From Candidatus Omnitrophota bacterium (lineage in GTDB: Bacteria > Omnitrophota > Gorgyraeia > JABMRN01 > RBG-13-46-9): DNA of 57,817 nt. Numbering within the stretch: position 1 is the stretch's first letter; every line of letters starts with the position of its first letter. Under the pieces are notes generated by a model. The model saw only the letters and a list, made by a program, of their open reading frames with translations, did not search any database and was not told the DNA's origin. The DNA lies in the NCBI GenBank assembly GCA_024542975.1, contig JAMXCZ010000003.1, positions 1 through 57,817 of the forward strand. The letters are read 5' to 3'. This document shows positions 45,963 through 56,733 of the stretch, piece after piece. Both the position numbers and the translations under genes were made by a program.

Positions 45963-48776
45963 ATGAATTACAAAGACACCCTGAATTTACCGAAAACAAC
46001 GTTTAAGATGAAGGCGAACTTGGTAGCAAAAGAGCCTGCCATGTTCAAGGCCTGGAGCGAAAAAGGTGTCTACCATGCCCTGCGAAAGGAAAGAAAAGGG
46101 AAACCCAAATTCATTCTACATGACGGCCCGCCCTATGCAAACGGCCACATTCATATGGGCCATGTCCTGAATAAGATCCTGAAAGATATCGTTGTAAAAT
46201 TTCACACAATGAAAGGGTGTGACGCGCCATTCGTGCCCGGCTGGGATTGCCACGGGCTTCCGGTGGAACATCAACTGTTCAAGGAACTTAAAATTTCAAA
46301 ATACGATATTGACCGGGTTGAATTCAGAAAGAAGGCGGCGTCCTACGCAATGAAATTTGTCGAAATACAGAAAAAGGAATTTGAGCGGCTCGGTATTTTT
46401 GCCGACTGGGAAAGGCCTTACTTGACTCTGGACCCCAAATACGAAGCGGCGGTTGTCCGTTCCTTCGGGTGCCTCGTAAAAGAGGGATACGTTTATAAAG
46501 GCTTAAAACCCGTAAACTGGTGCACAAGGTGCGAAACTGCGCTTGCGGAAGCAGAGGTAGAATACGAGGAACATTCATCGCCGTCTATTTATGTAAAATT
46601 CAAGGTGAAGGATTTTAAAAATTTTAAACGAAATACGACTCACGGGGCGCGAGATATGCATTTCATAATCTGGACCACTACGCCGTGGACTTTGCTCGGG
46701 AACGTTGCCGTAGCCATTCACCCCGAAAAAGATTATGCAATACTTGAAGCGGACGGGGAAGCGTGGGTGATGCTCGAATCGCTCGCTCGGCCCACAATGC
46801 AAAAACTAAAAAAACCGGTTAAAATCCTGGATAGGGTGAAGGGTAAGGAGCTTCTGGGAATAGAGTGCAAGCACCCGTTTATTGATCGCGCCTCAAAAGT
46901 TGTGCTTGCCGATTATGTTTCATCCCAAGAAGGGACGGGCTGCGTGCATACGGCGCCGGGGCATGGCCAGGAGGATTACCTCACGGGCAAAAAATACAAT
47001 TTACCGATAATAATGCCCGTAGACTCAAAAGGTATTTTTGACAAAACATGCGGCGAGTTTAGCGGATTACATGTCCGCAAAGCCAACGATAGAATAAGTG
47101 AGCGCCTGCAAAAGGATAAAGCGCTTTTATTTTCAGAAAAAATTACGCATTCCTATCCCCATTGCTGGAGGTGCAGGGAGCCTATAATTTTCCGGGCCAC
47201 GGAACAATATTTTGTCAGCATTGATCACAAGAATTTGAGAAAGAAAATGCTGGATGCCGTCAAAAACAAAGTCAAATGGTACCCCGAAAGAGGGGAAGCG
47301 CGGATGTCTTCAATGATAGAAAACCGGCCTGATTGGTGTATATCGCGGCAACGATACTGGGGCGTGCCGATAGTCGCTTTTAAGTGCAAGAAATGCGAAG
47401 AGGCGTTGCTGGACGAAAATGTAATCGAGCACGTTGCGGCTATTATCGAGAGGGAAGGATCTCAGGCCTGGTTTGTAAAGGATGAGAAGGCGCTCGTTCC
47501 CAAAGGGGTCGTTTGTGGGAAGTGCCGCTCGGATGCATTTATCAAGGAGACGGACATTATCGATGTATGGTTTGAGTCGGGCGTAAGTTACCGATCGGTT
47601 CTTAAGGAAAAACTTGGGTCCGAGTTCCCTTGCGAGCTTTACCTGGAAGGATCGGATCAGCACAGGGGGTGGTTTCAGTCGTCCCTTATCGCGTCATCCG
47701 CTATGGAAGGCCGGCCCCCGTATAAAAATGTCCTTACGCATGGTTTTGTCGTTGACGGCGCGGGAAAAAAAATGTCAAAAAGCCTCGGCAACGTTATTTC
47801 TCCGGAAGGCGTCATGAAGAAATACGGAGCGGACATTTTGAGGCTCTGGGTTGCATCCAGTAATTATGCGGATGATGTGAGGCTTTCACCTGAGATTCTC
47901 GACCGGCTGTCGGATGCCTACCGAAAGATCCGCAACACCTTCAGGTATCTTTTGGGAAACACGCATGACTTTGATCCGAAAAAGAACGCCATAGAGGCCG
48001 AACATTTGCTCGAAATCGACCGCTGGATGCTATCAAGGCTTGCCGGTGTCATTTACGAGGCGGATAAAAATTATTCATCCTATTCTTTTTACCGTGTATT
48101 CCGTTCTGTTTATAATTTCTGCGTATATGAAATTTCAAGCCTCTACCTTGATATTTTGAAGGATAGGCTGTATACTTTTGACGGAAACTCAATAGAGCGC
48201 CGCTCCTGCCAAACGGTTATGTATGAGATCCTGACGGCGCTTATTAGGATACTCGCTCCCATTCTCAGTTTTACGGCGGAAGAGGCGCAAGAGTCACTCT
48301 GCCCGGGCGGTAAGTCCGTGCACCGGAGCCTCTGGTGTTGGGATAGCGGCGTTTTAGCCAAATGGGAAAATAAGGCTCTGGATGAGAAGTGGCAGCGCCT
48401 TCTCGGTATACGCGAAGTGGTTTTGAAGGCGATTGAAGAAAAAAGAATTTTGGGCGAAATCAAAAGCTCACTTGAGGTGCGCGTCACTTTGTATAGCGAG
48501 GAGGTTGAGTTTAGGAGATTTCTGGAAGAAAACGCCCAAAATCTACCGTCATTATTTATTACTTCGCAGGTTGAAATTTCGGATAAGAGGCGCGCGGGCG
48601 CAAAGTGCGAAGGGGGGATGCCTCTCTACGTATCCGTAGAAAAAGCAAGGGGCGAAAAATGCAAAAGATGTTGGAATTATAGCGACACAGTCGGCGCCGG
48701 TAAGCAGTTTAACGACCTATGCGCGCGCTGCGCCGAGGCCGTAGAGAGAGGAGCAAAAAATGCCCAAAAAAAGTAA
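45963..48776 (+). CDS. ileS: Isoleucine-tRNA ligase
   Basis: GPPYANGHIHMGH, WTTTPWT, GSDQHRGWF, KMSKS and a C-terminal zinc finger. Confidence 0.98.
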   Translation: MNYKDTLNLPKTTFKMKANLVAKEPAMFKAWSEKGVYHALRKERKGKPKFILHDGPPYANGHIHMGHVLNKILKDIVVKFHTMKGCDAPFVPGWDCHGLPVEHQLFKELKISKYDIDRVEFRKKAASYAMKFVEIQKKEFERLGIFADWERPYLTLDPKYEAAVVRSFGCLVKEGYVYKGLKPVNWCTRCETALAEAEVEYEEHSSPSIYVKFKVKDFKNFKRNTTHGARDMHFIIWTTTPWTLLGNVAVAIHPEKDYAILEADGEAWVMLESLARPTMQKLKKPVKILDRVKGKELLGIECKHPFIDRASKVVLADYVSSQEGTGCVHTAPGHGQEDYLTGKKYNLPIIMPVDSKGIFDKTCGEFSGLHVRKANDRISERLQKDKALLFSEKITHSYPHCWRCREPIIFRATEQYFVSIDHKNLRKKMLDAVKNKVKWYPERGEARMSSMIENRPDWCISRQRYWGVPIVAFKCKKCEEALLDENVIEHVAAIIEREGSQAWFVKDEKALVPKGVVCGKCRSDAFIKETDIIDVWFESGVSYRSVLKEKLGSEFPCELYLEGSDQHRGWFQSSLIASSAMEGRPPYKNVLTHGFVVDGAGKKMSKSLGNVISPEGVMKKYGADILRLWVASSNYADDVRLSPEILDRLSDAYRKIRNTFRYLLGNTHDFDPKKNAIEAEHLLEIDRWMLSRLAGVIYEADKNYSSYSFYRVFRSVYNFCVYEISSLYLDILKDRLYTFDGNSIERRSCQTVMYEILTALIRILAPILSFTAEEAQESLCPGGKSVHRSLWCWDSGVLAKWENKALDEKWQRLLGIREVVLKAIEEKRILGEIKSSLEVRVTLYSEEVEFRRFLEENAQNLPSLFITSQVEISDKRRAGAKCEGGMPLYVSVEKARGEKCKRCWNYSDTVGAGKQFNDLCARCAEAVERGAKNAQKK

Positions 48777-49158
48777 GTATAGCAAGAAAGATATCAAGGT
48801 GTTTAAAAACCTTTTGGTAAAATCAAAGATAACTTTATTACACGGCATAAACCATTTAAAAAACGAGACCCTGAAAAAATCCCAACGGGAGGCTTCGGGA
48901 GACCTCTCCGGCTATGCGTATCACATGGCCGATATGGCAAGCGACGTTTATGAAAAGGACCTGCTTCTGAAGCTTGCATCCGGGGAAATAGAATTTCTGT
49001 TTCAGGTCGACGAGGCGCTAAAGAGGATGGAAGAGGGTGAATACGGATTTTGCCAGGAATGCGAAAAAAAGATCTCTAAGACGCGCCTTAAAGCTATTCC
49101 TTATACTACGCATTGCCGCAATTGCCAGGAAAAAGAAGAAAAAAGAAATAAAAAATAG
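48760..49158 (+). CDS. TraR/DksA-family C4 zinc-finger regulator
   Basis: HMADMASD coiled-coil tip, then YGFCQEC...RLKAIP...CRNC. Confidence 0.88.
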   Translation: MPKKSKYSKKDIKVFKNLLVKSKITLLHGINHLKNETLKKSQREASGDLSGYAYHMADMASDVYEKDLLLKLASGEIEFLFQVDEALKRMEEGEYGFCQECEKKISKTRLKAIPYTTHCRNCQEKEEKRNKK

Positions 49159-49604
49159 TGAAGGCCTTTGTTTGGGCGCTAGTTACTTTTACCGTTTTAT
49201 CCGACCAGGCCGCGAAATTTCTTGCCTCGCAGAGCCTCACTCCGGGCGCACCACGCGCGGTCGTAGAAGGTTTTTTTTATCTCACCCTTGTGCATAATAC
49301 CGGGGCTGCTTTCGGTGTTTTTCCGAACCAGGCCCTCTTTTTTCTTATTGTTTCGGGCCTTACGGTAATCATGATCGTCATATTCCTGAGAAAAAAATAC
49401 GATATCATTCTACCGAGGGATCTCGGGTTTGCCCTGATACTGGGGGGTGCCGTCGGAAACCTGATCGACAGGGTAAGGCTCGGGTATGTCGTAGATTTTT
49501 TCGACTTCCGAATATGGCCGGTTTTCAACGTTGCAGACTCGGCGATAACGGTAGGCGCGTTCCTCATAATCATAAGCGTGTTCCGTAAGAGGAGAGAAGC
49601 ATAA
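49158..49604 (+). CDS. lspA: Lipoprotein signal peptidase II
   Basis: NTGAAFG, GNLIDR, VVDF and FNVAD motifs. Confidence 0.96.
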   Translation: MKAFVWALVTFTVLSDQAAKFLASQSLTPGAPRAVVEGFFYLTLVHNTGAAFGVFPNQALFFLIVSGLTVIMIVIFLRKKYDIILPRDLGFALILGGAVGNLIDRVRLGYVVDFFDFRIWPVFNVADSAITVGAFLIIISVFRKRREA

Positions 49605-49605
49605 T

Positions 49606-50346
49606 ATGCATCCTGTATTATTTCAAATAGGGCCTCTCGTGATACGAAGCTACGGTGTTTTTGTTGCAACGGCGTTTCTTACGGGATTTTGGCTTCTCTA
49701 TCTGGAGGCAAAAAGGAAAAATTTCTATCCCGATAAGATCCGGGATATGGAGCTTTATATTCTCATATCCGGCATAGTAGGCGCGCGGGCGTTGCATGTC
49801 CTGGTAAATCTCGATTATTACGCTCTCCATGCTTCTGAGATCACAAAGCTCTGGCACGGTGGGTTGGCGATTTACGGCGGGCTTTTATTCGGGATAATCG
49901 CCGGTTGGGTGTTCATAGTGAGGAATGGTATGCCGCTTTTTGCTACGGGAGGCCTGGTTATTCCCTACATTGCCCTTGGACAGTCGATCGGAAGGATCGG
50001 ATGCTTTTTTAATGCGTGCTGTTTCGGAAAAGTGGCGGTAATCCCGGCATTGGGCGTGGTATTCCCGGGCGACTCCGTCGCAAGATACCCGACGCAACTT
50101 TATGCTTCTCTTTTGCTTCTCGCAATATTTGTATTTCTGAAGATCGCCGGGCAAAAAAAACTACGAGGCGGTTTTTTGTTCGCCTCATACCTCTTACTAT
50201 ATGCTGTTCAGCGGTTTGCAATCGATTTTCTACGCGACGATACGCCTCGGTACCTATTCGGCTTTACGGTTTCGCAATTCTTAAGCATTGGTGTTTTTGC
50301 CTTTGCGGGCGCTTTTCTGATCGGACAAAGAAAATGGAAGAACTGA
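49606..50346 (+). CDS. lgt: Prolipoprotein diacylglyceryl transferase
   Basis: GAR, GGLAIYGG, GRIGCF and PTQLY motifs. Confidence 0.93.
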   Translation: MHPVLFQIGPLVIRSYGVFVATAFLTGFWLLYLEAKRKNFYPDKIRDMELYILISGIVGARALHVLVNLDYYALHASEITKLWHGGLAIYGGLLFGIIAGWVFIVRNGMPLFATGGLVIPYIALGQSIGRIGCFFNACCFGKVAVIPALGVVFPGDSVARYPTQLYASLLLLAIFVFLKIAGQKKLRGGFLFASYLLLYAVQRFAIDFLRDDTPRYLFGFTVSQFLSIGVFAFAGAFLIGQRKWKN

Positions 50347-51245
50347 ATTTTAAAGTTGAGAAGGAGAGAGCCGGGGGGAGGCTTGATAAGTTTCTTGTCG
50401 GCGCGCTTCGCGGGCGGTTTTCGCGCTCGTTTATCAAAAAATTAGTAGACGACGCGAATGTAGAGATCGAAGGGAAGGTTGTGTGTGCGCATTACAAGGT
50501 TTGCCCGGGGGATAGCGTTAATTTGAAAATTCCGGATCCAAAGCCCCTTGAGCTTACGCCTGAAAACATTCCGCTTGACGTCGCGTATGAGGACGGAGAC
50601 CTTTTAGTCATAAATAAACAGCCAGGCCTTACAGTTCATCCCGCAGGGCCGCAACTTACAGGCACGCTTGTAAACGCCCTTCTTTACCATTGCAAGGATC
50701 TTTCAGGCATAGGCGGTGTTCTGCGGCCGGGTATTGTCCACCGCCTGGACAAAGATACTTCAGGCTTTTTGGTTGTGGCAAAAAATGACAAAACACACTT
50801 AAACCTGTCGGGACAATTCAAAAACCGCACGGCAAAGAGAAAATACATAGCACTCGTAAAAGGAATCGTGCAGCTTGACAGGGGGCGAATAGAACTGCCT
50901 ATTGCGAGGCGCAAAAAAGATATAAATAAAATGGGGATATCTTTTGCGGATACCAAAAAGAAAAATGCTATTACAAATTACCTGGTCCTTAAGCGTTTCA
51001 AGGATTTTACGATGCTTGAAGTTGCGCTCGAAACGGGGAGGACCCATCAAATCAGAGTCCATCTTTCGCATATGGGGCATGCGATTCTGGGGGACAGGAT
51101 GTATGGTTCGCAAAGGGGGATCGCCCGCCAGGCTCTTCACGCAAAGACGCTCGGTTTTTTTCACCCCGCAACAAAAAAATTCATGGAATTTGATAGCGCG
51201 ATCCCACGCGATATGCAGGACTTGATAGACAGGGGAAAGGTGTGA
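50334..51245 (+). CDS. rluD: RluA/RluD-family pseudouridine synthase
   Basis: S4-like RLDKFL, HRLDKDTSG and TGRTHQIRVH. Start placed at ATG 50334. Confidence 0.9.
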   Translation: MEELNFKVEKERAGGRLDKFLVGALRGRFSRSFIKKLVDDANVEIEGKVVCAHYKVCPGDSVNLKIPDPKPLELTPENIPLDVAYEDGDLLVINKQPGLTVHPAGPQLTGTLVNALLYHCKDLSGIGGVLRPGIVHRLDKDTSGFLVVAKNDKTHLNLSGQFKNRTAKRKYIALVKGIVQLDRGRIELPIARRKKDINKMGISFADTKKKNAITNYLVLKRFKDFTMLEVALETGRTHQIRVHLSHMGHAILGDRMYGSQRGIARQALHAKTLGFFHPATKKFMEFDSAIPRDMQDLIDRGKV

Positions 51246-51258
51246 TACACTAAAAACT

Positions 51259-52539
51259 ATGAATAAAACAATAAAACCCATAAATTACTTGCGTGGTGAA
51301 ATAAGCCTCCCGGGCGACAAATCTATTTCGCACAGGGCCGTCCTTATCGGAGGAATTTCAAGCGGTAAAACCAGAGCCCGGAATTTTTTAGAGGCCATAG
51401 ACTCCATGCATACCGTCTCCGCTTTTCGCGAAATGGGAGTTGACGTAAAAGTTAGCAAAAAAGAGGTTATTGTATTCGGCAGCGGCCTCCGGGGCCTCGC
51501 GAAACCCGCTCGTAAATTATATCTCGGCAATTCCGGGACCACCATGCGGATTCTTCCCGGACTGCTCGCCGGACAAAATTTCGAAGCGACCCTTACGGGA
51601 GACCCGTCACTTTCTAAGCGTCCGATGAAAAGAATTACAGAGCCGCTTCGTGAAATGGGCGTAGACATTTCCGCCGGAGGTGGCGACACACCGCCACTCG
51701 TCATTCGGGGAGGCCGCGTAAACGCAATAAAATATTCTACAAAGGTAGCCAGTGCCCAGGTCAAGTCCTGCATTCTTCTTGCGGGCCTTTATGCCGATGG
51801 CGTAACTTGTGTCACAGAACCCTTTACTTCGCGGGACCATACCGAGCGAATGCTGGAATTTTTCGGCGCAAAAATTTCGAAAAGTAACGGCACAGTCTCC
51901 GTCGTGGGCAAGGCCGAACTTCGGGGAAGCGAATTTTTTGTGCCGGGGGATATTTCAAGCGCTGCATTTTTTATTGCAGGGGCTGCGCTTCTCGAGGGCT
52001 CGGACCTCACTGTACGCGAAGTAGGGCTAAATCCGACGCGGATGGGATTTATTGACGTACTTTTAAGGATGGGCGCGAATATTAAGGTAACGACAAAAAT
52101 TGACGCACTTGAACCGTACGGCGATATAAAAGTAAAGTTTGCATCCTTAAAATCCGTTGTTATCGAAAAGTCCGAAGTGCCGCTTCTCATCGATGAGGTT
52201 CCGATCCTTTCTGTCCTTGCCGCGCAGGCTCGCGGCCAAACTATCATAAAGGGCATATCGGAACTTAGGGTCAAAGAGACGGACCGGATTTTTTCAATAA
52301 CCGAAAACCTGAAGCGGATGGGCGTAGAAATCAGAGCGGAAAATGAAAACCTTGTTATTTCGGGAAGCAAAAAAAGATTTGAGAAAGCGGTTTTGGACAG
52401 CTTCAAAGATCACAGGACAGCGATGGCGATGGCGATCGCAGCGCTTTTTTCAAAAGGTGAGTGCATTGTGCGCGATACAGAATGCATAAGCACATCTTTT
52501 CCGGAATTTTTCACGATGCTGGAAACTTTGCAGACGTAA
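51259..52539 (+). CDS. aroA: EPSP synthase (class II)
   Basis: PGDKSISHR, GNSGTT, SAQVKS, RVKETDR and DHR motifs. Confidence 0.96.
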   Translation: MNKTIKPINYLRGEISLPGDKSISHRAVLIGGISSGKTRARNFLEAIDSMHTVSAFREMGVDVKVSKKEVIVFGSGLRGLAKPARKLYLGNSGTTMRILPGLLAGQNFEATLTGDPSLSKRPMKRITEPLREMGVDISAGGGDTPPLVIRGGRVNAIKYSTKVASAQVKSCILLAGLYADGVTCVTEPFTSRDHTERMLEFFGAKISKSNGTVSVVGKAELRGSEFFVPGDISSAAFFIAGAALLEGSDLTVREVGLNPTRMGFIDVLLRMGANIKVTTKIDALEPYGDIKVKFASLKSVVIEKSEVPLLIDEVPILSVLAAQARGQTIIKGISELRVKETDRIFSITENLKRMGVEIRAENENLVISGSKKRFEKAVLDSFKDHRTAMAMAIAALFSKGECIVRDTECISTSFPEFFTMLETLQT

Positions 52540-52614
52540 AAGTTAAGAAAAAAAAATATAATTTGACAAACGATATATGCTCTGATATTATTAGATAGTA
52601 ATCTACGGAGGAAT

Positions 52615-53688
52615 ATGACTATTTCTAATCTGCGCGAACTGTTTTCAAAGGGCCTCAACAATGTGTTGGGATTTTTTTCCAATGACATGGGTATAGATCT
52701 CGGCACCGCAAGCACCCTCGTTTATATCAAGAACCAGGGAATCGTGCTCTGCGAACCTTCCGTTGTCGCTATTCAGGCCGGCACGTCAAATGTCCTGGCT
52801 GTGGGGGACGAAGCCAAAAGAATGCTTGGCAGAACCCCGGGCAACATAATCGCTATCCGCCCGATGCGGAACGGTGTAATAGCCGATTTCGAAATTACAG
52901 AGGCGATGTTGCGCTACTTTATAAAGAAGGTGCACAATTCCCGCCGGCTTGTCCGGCCGAGAATGGTAATCGCAATTCCATCCGGGATAACCGAAGTTGA
53001 AAAACGAGCCGTAAAGGATTCCGCTCTTCACGCCGGCGCGCGGGAGGTGTACATGGTCGAAGAGCCCGTAGCGGCTGCGATCGGAGTGGGATTGCCGATC
53101 CAGGAGCCTTCGGGGAGCATGATCATAGACATCGGAGGCGGGACTACGGAGATGGCGGTCATATCTTTGGCGGGTATAGTCTTTTCCAAATCTATACGTA
53201 CCGCCGGCGATGAAATGGATGAGGCCATCATCAACTACCTGAAAAAGACTTATAATCTTATGATAGGGGAACGCACCGCCGAGGAGATAAAGGTGAAGAT
53301 CGGTTCTGCTTATCCCCTCGATGAGGAGCTTAGCATGGACGTGAGAGGGCGGGACCTGGTAGCGGGCTTGCCCAAAATGATAACTGTCTCGAGCGAAGAA
53401 GTCAGAGAATCGCTTGCAGAGCCGGTTGCTCAGATCGTAGAGGCGATAAGAATAACCCTTGAAAGGACACCGCCGGAGCTTTCGGCGGACCTTATGGAAA
53501 AAGGTTTGATTCTCGCGGGCGGCGGGTCGCTACTCCGGGGATTGGACAAACTTATTTCCGAGGAGACAGGCCTGCCGGTCCATATTGCGGAAGACCCGCT
53601 TACGGCCGTTGCGCTAGGTACGGGCAAAGTATTGAGTGAACTCAAATATCTCAAGAGGCTGGCCGTAAATACTAGAGTAGACAGATAA
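52615..53688 (+). CDS. mreB: Rod shape actin MreB
   Basis: DLGTA, EPSVVA, DIGGGTT and AGGGSLL motifs. Upstream TTGACA-17-TATTAT at 52563-52591. Confidence 0.97.
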   Translation: MTISNLRELFSKGLNNVLGFFSNDMGIDLGTASTLVYIKNQGIVLCEPSVVAIQAGTSNVLAVGDEAKRMLGRTPGNIIAIRPMRNGVIADFEITEAMLRYFIKKVHNSRRLVRPRMVIAIPSGITEVEKRAVKDSALHAGAREVYMVEEPVAAAIGVGLPIQEPSGSMIIDIGGGTTEMAVISLAGIVFSKSIRTAGDEMDEAIINYLKKTYNLMIGERTAEEIKVKIGSAYPLDEELSMDVRGRDLVAGLPKMITVSSEEVRESLAEPVAQIVEAIRITLERTPPELSADLMEKGLILAGGGSLLRGLDKLISEETGLPVHIAEDPLTAVALGTGKVLSELKYLKRLAVNTRVDR

Positions 53689-53702
53689 ACTCATGTTTCA
53701 CG

Positions 53703-54485
53703 TTGCAAACCTATAGAATACGAAAATTTCCCTCCAAGCTATTTATCCTTATTATTGTCTTTATCGTTATCGCGTCGAGCCAGAAGATCAGGCTCACAAT
53801 TAAAAACTTTGCCTTTGAAATCCTTGTAAAACCCTTCCGTGTTGCCTCCGGTGTGAAAACCTATTTTACCGGCGTCAAAAATATTTCCGAAGAAAATCTG
53901 TTTTTGAAACAACGCATTGCGATGCTGTCCCTGGAACTTGCGCGGACGAAAACCGTCACATCGGAAAACAAGAGGCTAAAGGCGCTCTTAAATTTTAGAA
54001 AGGGTTTGGATTACAGGGCTATCGCCGCAAAGGTTATAGGGCGCGATTCAACCGACTGGAGGAAGACTGTAATCATCGACAAAGGCAAAAATCAGGGCAT
54101 AAAGGAGCGCATGCCGTGCGCAACGGCTAATGGCCTGGTCGGAAGTGTTGTGGAAGTCGGCTCTGACTCAAGCAAGGTAATGCTCCTTACAGATCCGAAT
54201 TCCAGGGTAGGAGTGCGCCTTGCGCCATCGCGCGAAGCAGGCGTACTTGTCGGTTTTCCGCAGGGTAAATGCAAAGTCATATATCTTTCGCTTGACGGGG
54301 ATATCAGGGAAGGCGAAGCCGTTTTGACGGCATCTTTCAGCGCTTTTTTCCCTCAAGGGCTCGTAGTTGGCAGGGTTACGGAAGTCGCGAACGAGAAAGC
54401 CAACCTCTATAGATACGCCTTTGTCCGCCTCACAGAAGACATGAATAAGATAGAAGAGGTTATTTGTATCGATGCGGATAAATGA
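53703..54485 (+). CDS. mreC: Rod shape protein MreC
   Basis: ENKRLKALL, IDKG and GLVG motifs, at the expected position. Confidence 0.92.
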   Translation: MQTYRIRKFPSKLFILIIVFIVIASSQKIRLTIKNFAFEILVKPFRVASGVKTYFTGVKNISEENLFLKQRIAMLSLELARTKTVTSENKRLKALLNFRKGLDYRAIAAKVIGRDSTDWRKTVIIDKGKNQGIKERMPCATANGLVGSVVEVGSDSSKVMLLTDPNSRVGVRLAPSREAGVLVGFPQGKCKVIYLSLDGDIREGEAVLTASFSAFFPQGLVVGRVTEVANEKANLYRYAFVRLTEDMNKIEEVICIDADK

Positions 54486-54963
54486 CAGAATCGCGTGCTA
54501 CGCGGTTATCATTATTTTATTTTTCCTGGAGGCGACGGTTTTTAACAGGTTTGAGGTTTTGGGCGTACGGCCGGAGCTCTTGCTGATCGCGACTATTTTT
54601 TTTGCATTTAATTTTGGGCCGGTGGGCGGCCTTGAGGTAGGATTTGCATCCGGCGTATTGAAAGATACATTCAGCACAACGGCATTCGGGGTGAACGCGT
54701 TCTCATTTTTGCTTGTAGGCCTTTTGTCCGGATTTCTTAAAAATAGATTGTTTAAGGAAAATTTCATTCTGCAGTTTTTAACCGTAAATGCCGGAGTATA
54801 CCTCGCCTCCGGTATTTATTTTTTATATTTGAAAGAGGCGCTTTCCTGCGAAATAGGTATCGGGTTATGGAAGGCAAGTGCCTACAAGGGCTTGTATACG
54901 GGGCTCGCGGGGCTTGGCCTATTTTTTGTTCTCGGTAAGATCTTTAAACCTAAAACAACATAA
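54472..54963 (+). CDS. mreD: Rod shape protein MreD
   Basis: Hydrophobic, with PELLL...GF.SG.LKD, at the expected position. Confidence 0.88.
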   Translation: MRINDRIACYAVIIILFFLEATVFNRFEVLGVRPELLLIATIFFAFNFGPVGGLEVGFASGVLKDTFSTTAFGVNAFSFLLVGLLSGFLKNRLFKENFILQFLTVNAGVYLASGIYFLYLKEALSCEIGIGLWKASAYKGLYTGLAGLGLFFVLGKIFKPKTT

Positions 54964-54966
54964 TTT

Positions 54967-56688
54967 ATGCGGGCAAGAATATTTGCAGGAACAATTTTAT
55001 TTTTGTTTCTCACGCTTGTCCTTGGCCTTTTCTATACGCAGGTATTGAAACACGCTTCTTACCGTCAGCTCTCCGAAAGAAACCGGATCCGCGCAATACC
55101 GCTTGTGGCGCCGCGCGGGAAAATATATGACCGGTCGGGAAGGCTTCTGGTGAGCAGCAGAATTGCCTTTGATATCCAGGTTATTTATCAGGAGATAAAA
55201 GACAAGAAGAAGGTAATTGATACACTGAGCAATATCCTGGAAGTAGATAGGGTCTCATTGTCCAGAAAAATGAAAGAGGCGCGGAAAAGCCCCTTCATCC
55301 CCATCAAAATTGTAGCGGATGTCGACAAGGGTAAGGCAATCCGGGTTGAAGAGGCGAGGCTGGGCCTCGCGGGCGTTATCGTAACGACGAGGCCGCTTAG
55401 AAACTACCTGTACGGAAATACAATTTCGCATGTAACAGGGTACCTCGGAAGAATAAGCGAGTCAGAGTTTACCAAATACAAAAGCTACGGATACCGGGTG
55501 CGGGATTTTGTCGGGAAGGACGGTGTTGAAAAAAGCTATAATGATTATCTTAGAGGCACGGACGGCGGTTTGCAGCTTGAAGTTGACTCGAAAGGCAGGA
55601 CTCAGCGTACGATCGCGATAAAAGAACCGCGTTCGGGAAAAAATATTTACCTTAGCATTGACCTGGAGCTCCAGAAGTTTTGTGATTCGTTGTTGGGAGA
55701 GAAAAAAGGCGCTATCCTTGCCATGAAGCCGGATACAGGAGAAATGCTCGCGTTTGTAAGTCACGCTGATTTTGACCCCAACGCATTTGTTGCGTCATAT
55801 AATACAAAATCCGTATCGGCTATTTTAAGCGATACCAAAGGCCTGCCCCTCTTTGATCGGGCGATAAGCGGCACTTATCCGTCCGGTTCTGTTTTCAAGA
55901 TAGTAATCGCCGCCGCTGCCCTGGATTCCGGAGATTTTAGCGAGAAGGAAACATTTTTTTGCGGTGGCAGCCTCACGTTAGGCAACAGGGTCTTTCATTG
56001 CTGGAACGAGGACGGCCATGGTTCTCAAGCTATTGCGCAGGCGATAAAAAATTCGTGTAACGTATTTTTCTATCAGCTGGGGCTTCTGGTGGGGCCTGAC
56101 GAGATTGCGCGTTACGCGTTTAGGTTCGGATTTGGCAGGCCCACAGGCATAGATCTGCCCGGTGAATTAAGCGGTTTTGTACCAACCACGTCGTGGAAAA
56201 AGAGGAAATTAAAGGAATCCTGGTTCCGGGGCGAAACCGCAAATTACTCCATAGGCCAGGGATATCTTCTGGTAACACCGATCCAGATTCTGCGCCTTAT
56301 CGGAGCTGTTGCGAACGGCGGAAGGCTTGTGACTCCTTTTGTCGTAGGAAGGATAGAAGACATAGCGGTGCGGCATGAGAAAAGCCGGGACACCGGACTG
56401 GAATCGGGCGTGCTTGAGGCCATAAGAAGCGCCCTAAAAAGTGCTATAAATGCCCCGCATAGTACGGGACTTTACGCGCGCTCGAAAGAGATCATCATAT
56501 CCGGAAAAACCGGCACGGCCGAGAACCCGCACGGAGAGTCGCACGCCTGGTTTACCGGTTTTGCTCCGTTTGAGGATCCCGGGATCTCGGTTGTGGTGTT
56601 CATAGAGCACGGGGGCAAGGGCGGCCTTGATCCGGCGCGTTTTGCCAAACAAGTCATAGAAGAAGCAAAAAAACTCGAGCTCTTATAA
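54967..56688 (+). CDS. mrdA: Penicillin-binding protein 2
   Basis: APRGKIYDR, GSVFK, SCN and KTGTAE motifs. Confidence 0.95.
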   Translation: MRARIFAGTILFLFLTLVLGLFYTQVLKHASYRQLSERNRIRAIPLVAPRGKIYDRSGRLLVSSRIAFDIQVIYQEIKDKKKVIDTLSNILEVDRVSLSRKMKEARKSPFIPIKIVADVDKGKAIRVEEARLGLAGVIVTTRPLRNYLYGNTISHVTGYLGRISESEFTKYKSYGYRVRDFVGKDGVEKSYNDYLRGTDGGLQLEVDSKGRTQRTIAIKEPRSGKNIYLSIDLELQKFCDSLLGEKKGAILAMKPDTGEMLAFVSHADFDPNAFVASYNTKSVSAILSDTKGLPLFDRAISGTYPSGSVFKIVIAAAALDSGDFSEKETFFCGGSLTLGNRVFHCWNEDGHGSQAIAQAIKNSCNVFFYQLGLLVGPDEIARYAFRFGFGRPTGIDLPGELSGFVPTTSWKKRKLKESWFRGETANYSIGQGYLLVTPIQILRLIGAVANGGRLVTPFVVGRIEDIAVRHEKSRDTGLESGVLEAIRSALKSAINAPHSTGLYARSKEIIISGKTGTAENPHGESHAWFTGFAPFEDPGISVVVFIEHGGKGGLDPARFAKQVIEEAKKLELL

Positions 56689-56733
56689 CTCGAGCGCTTG
56701 ATTCGTATCTCGTGAGTTGTTTCAGGAGGTTAG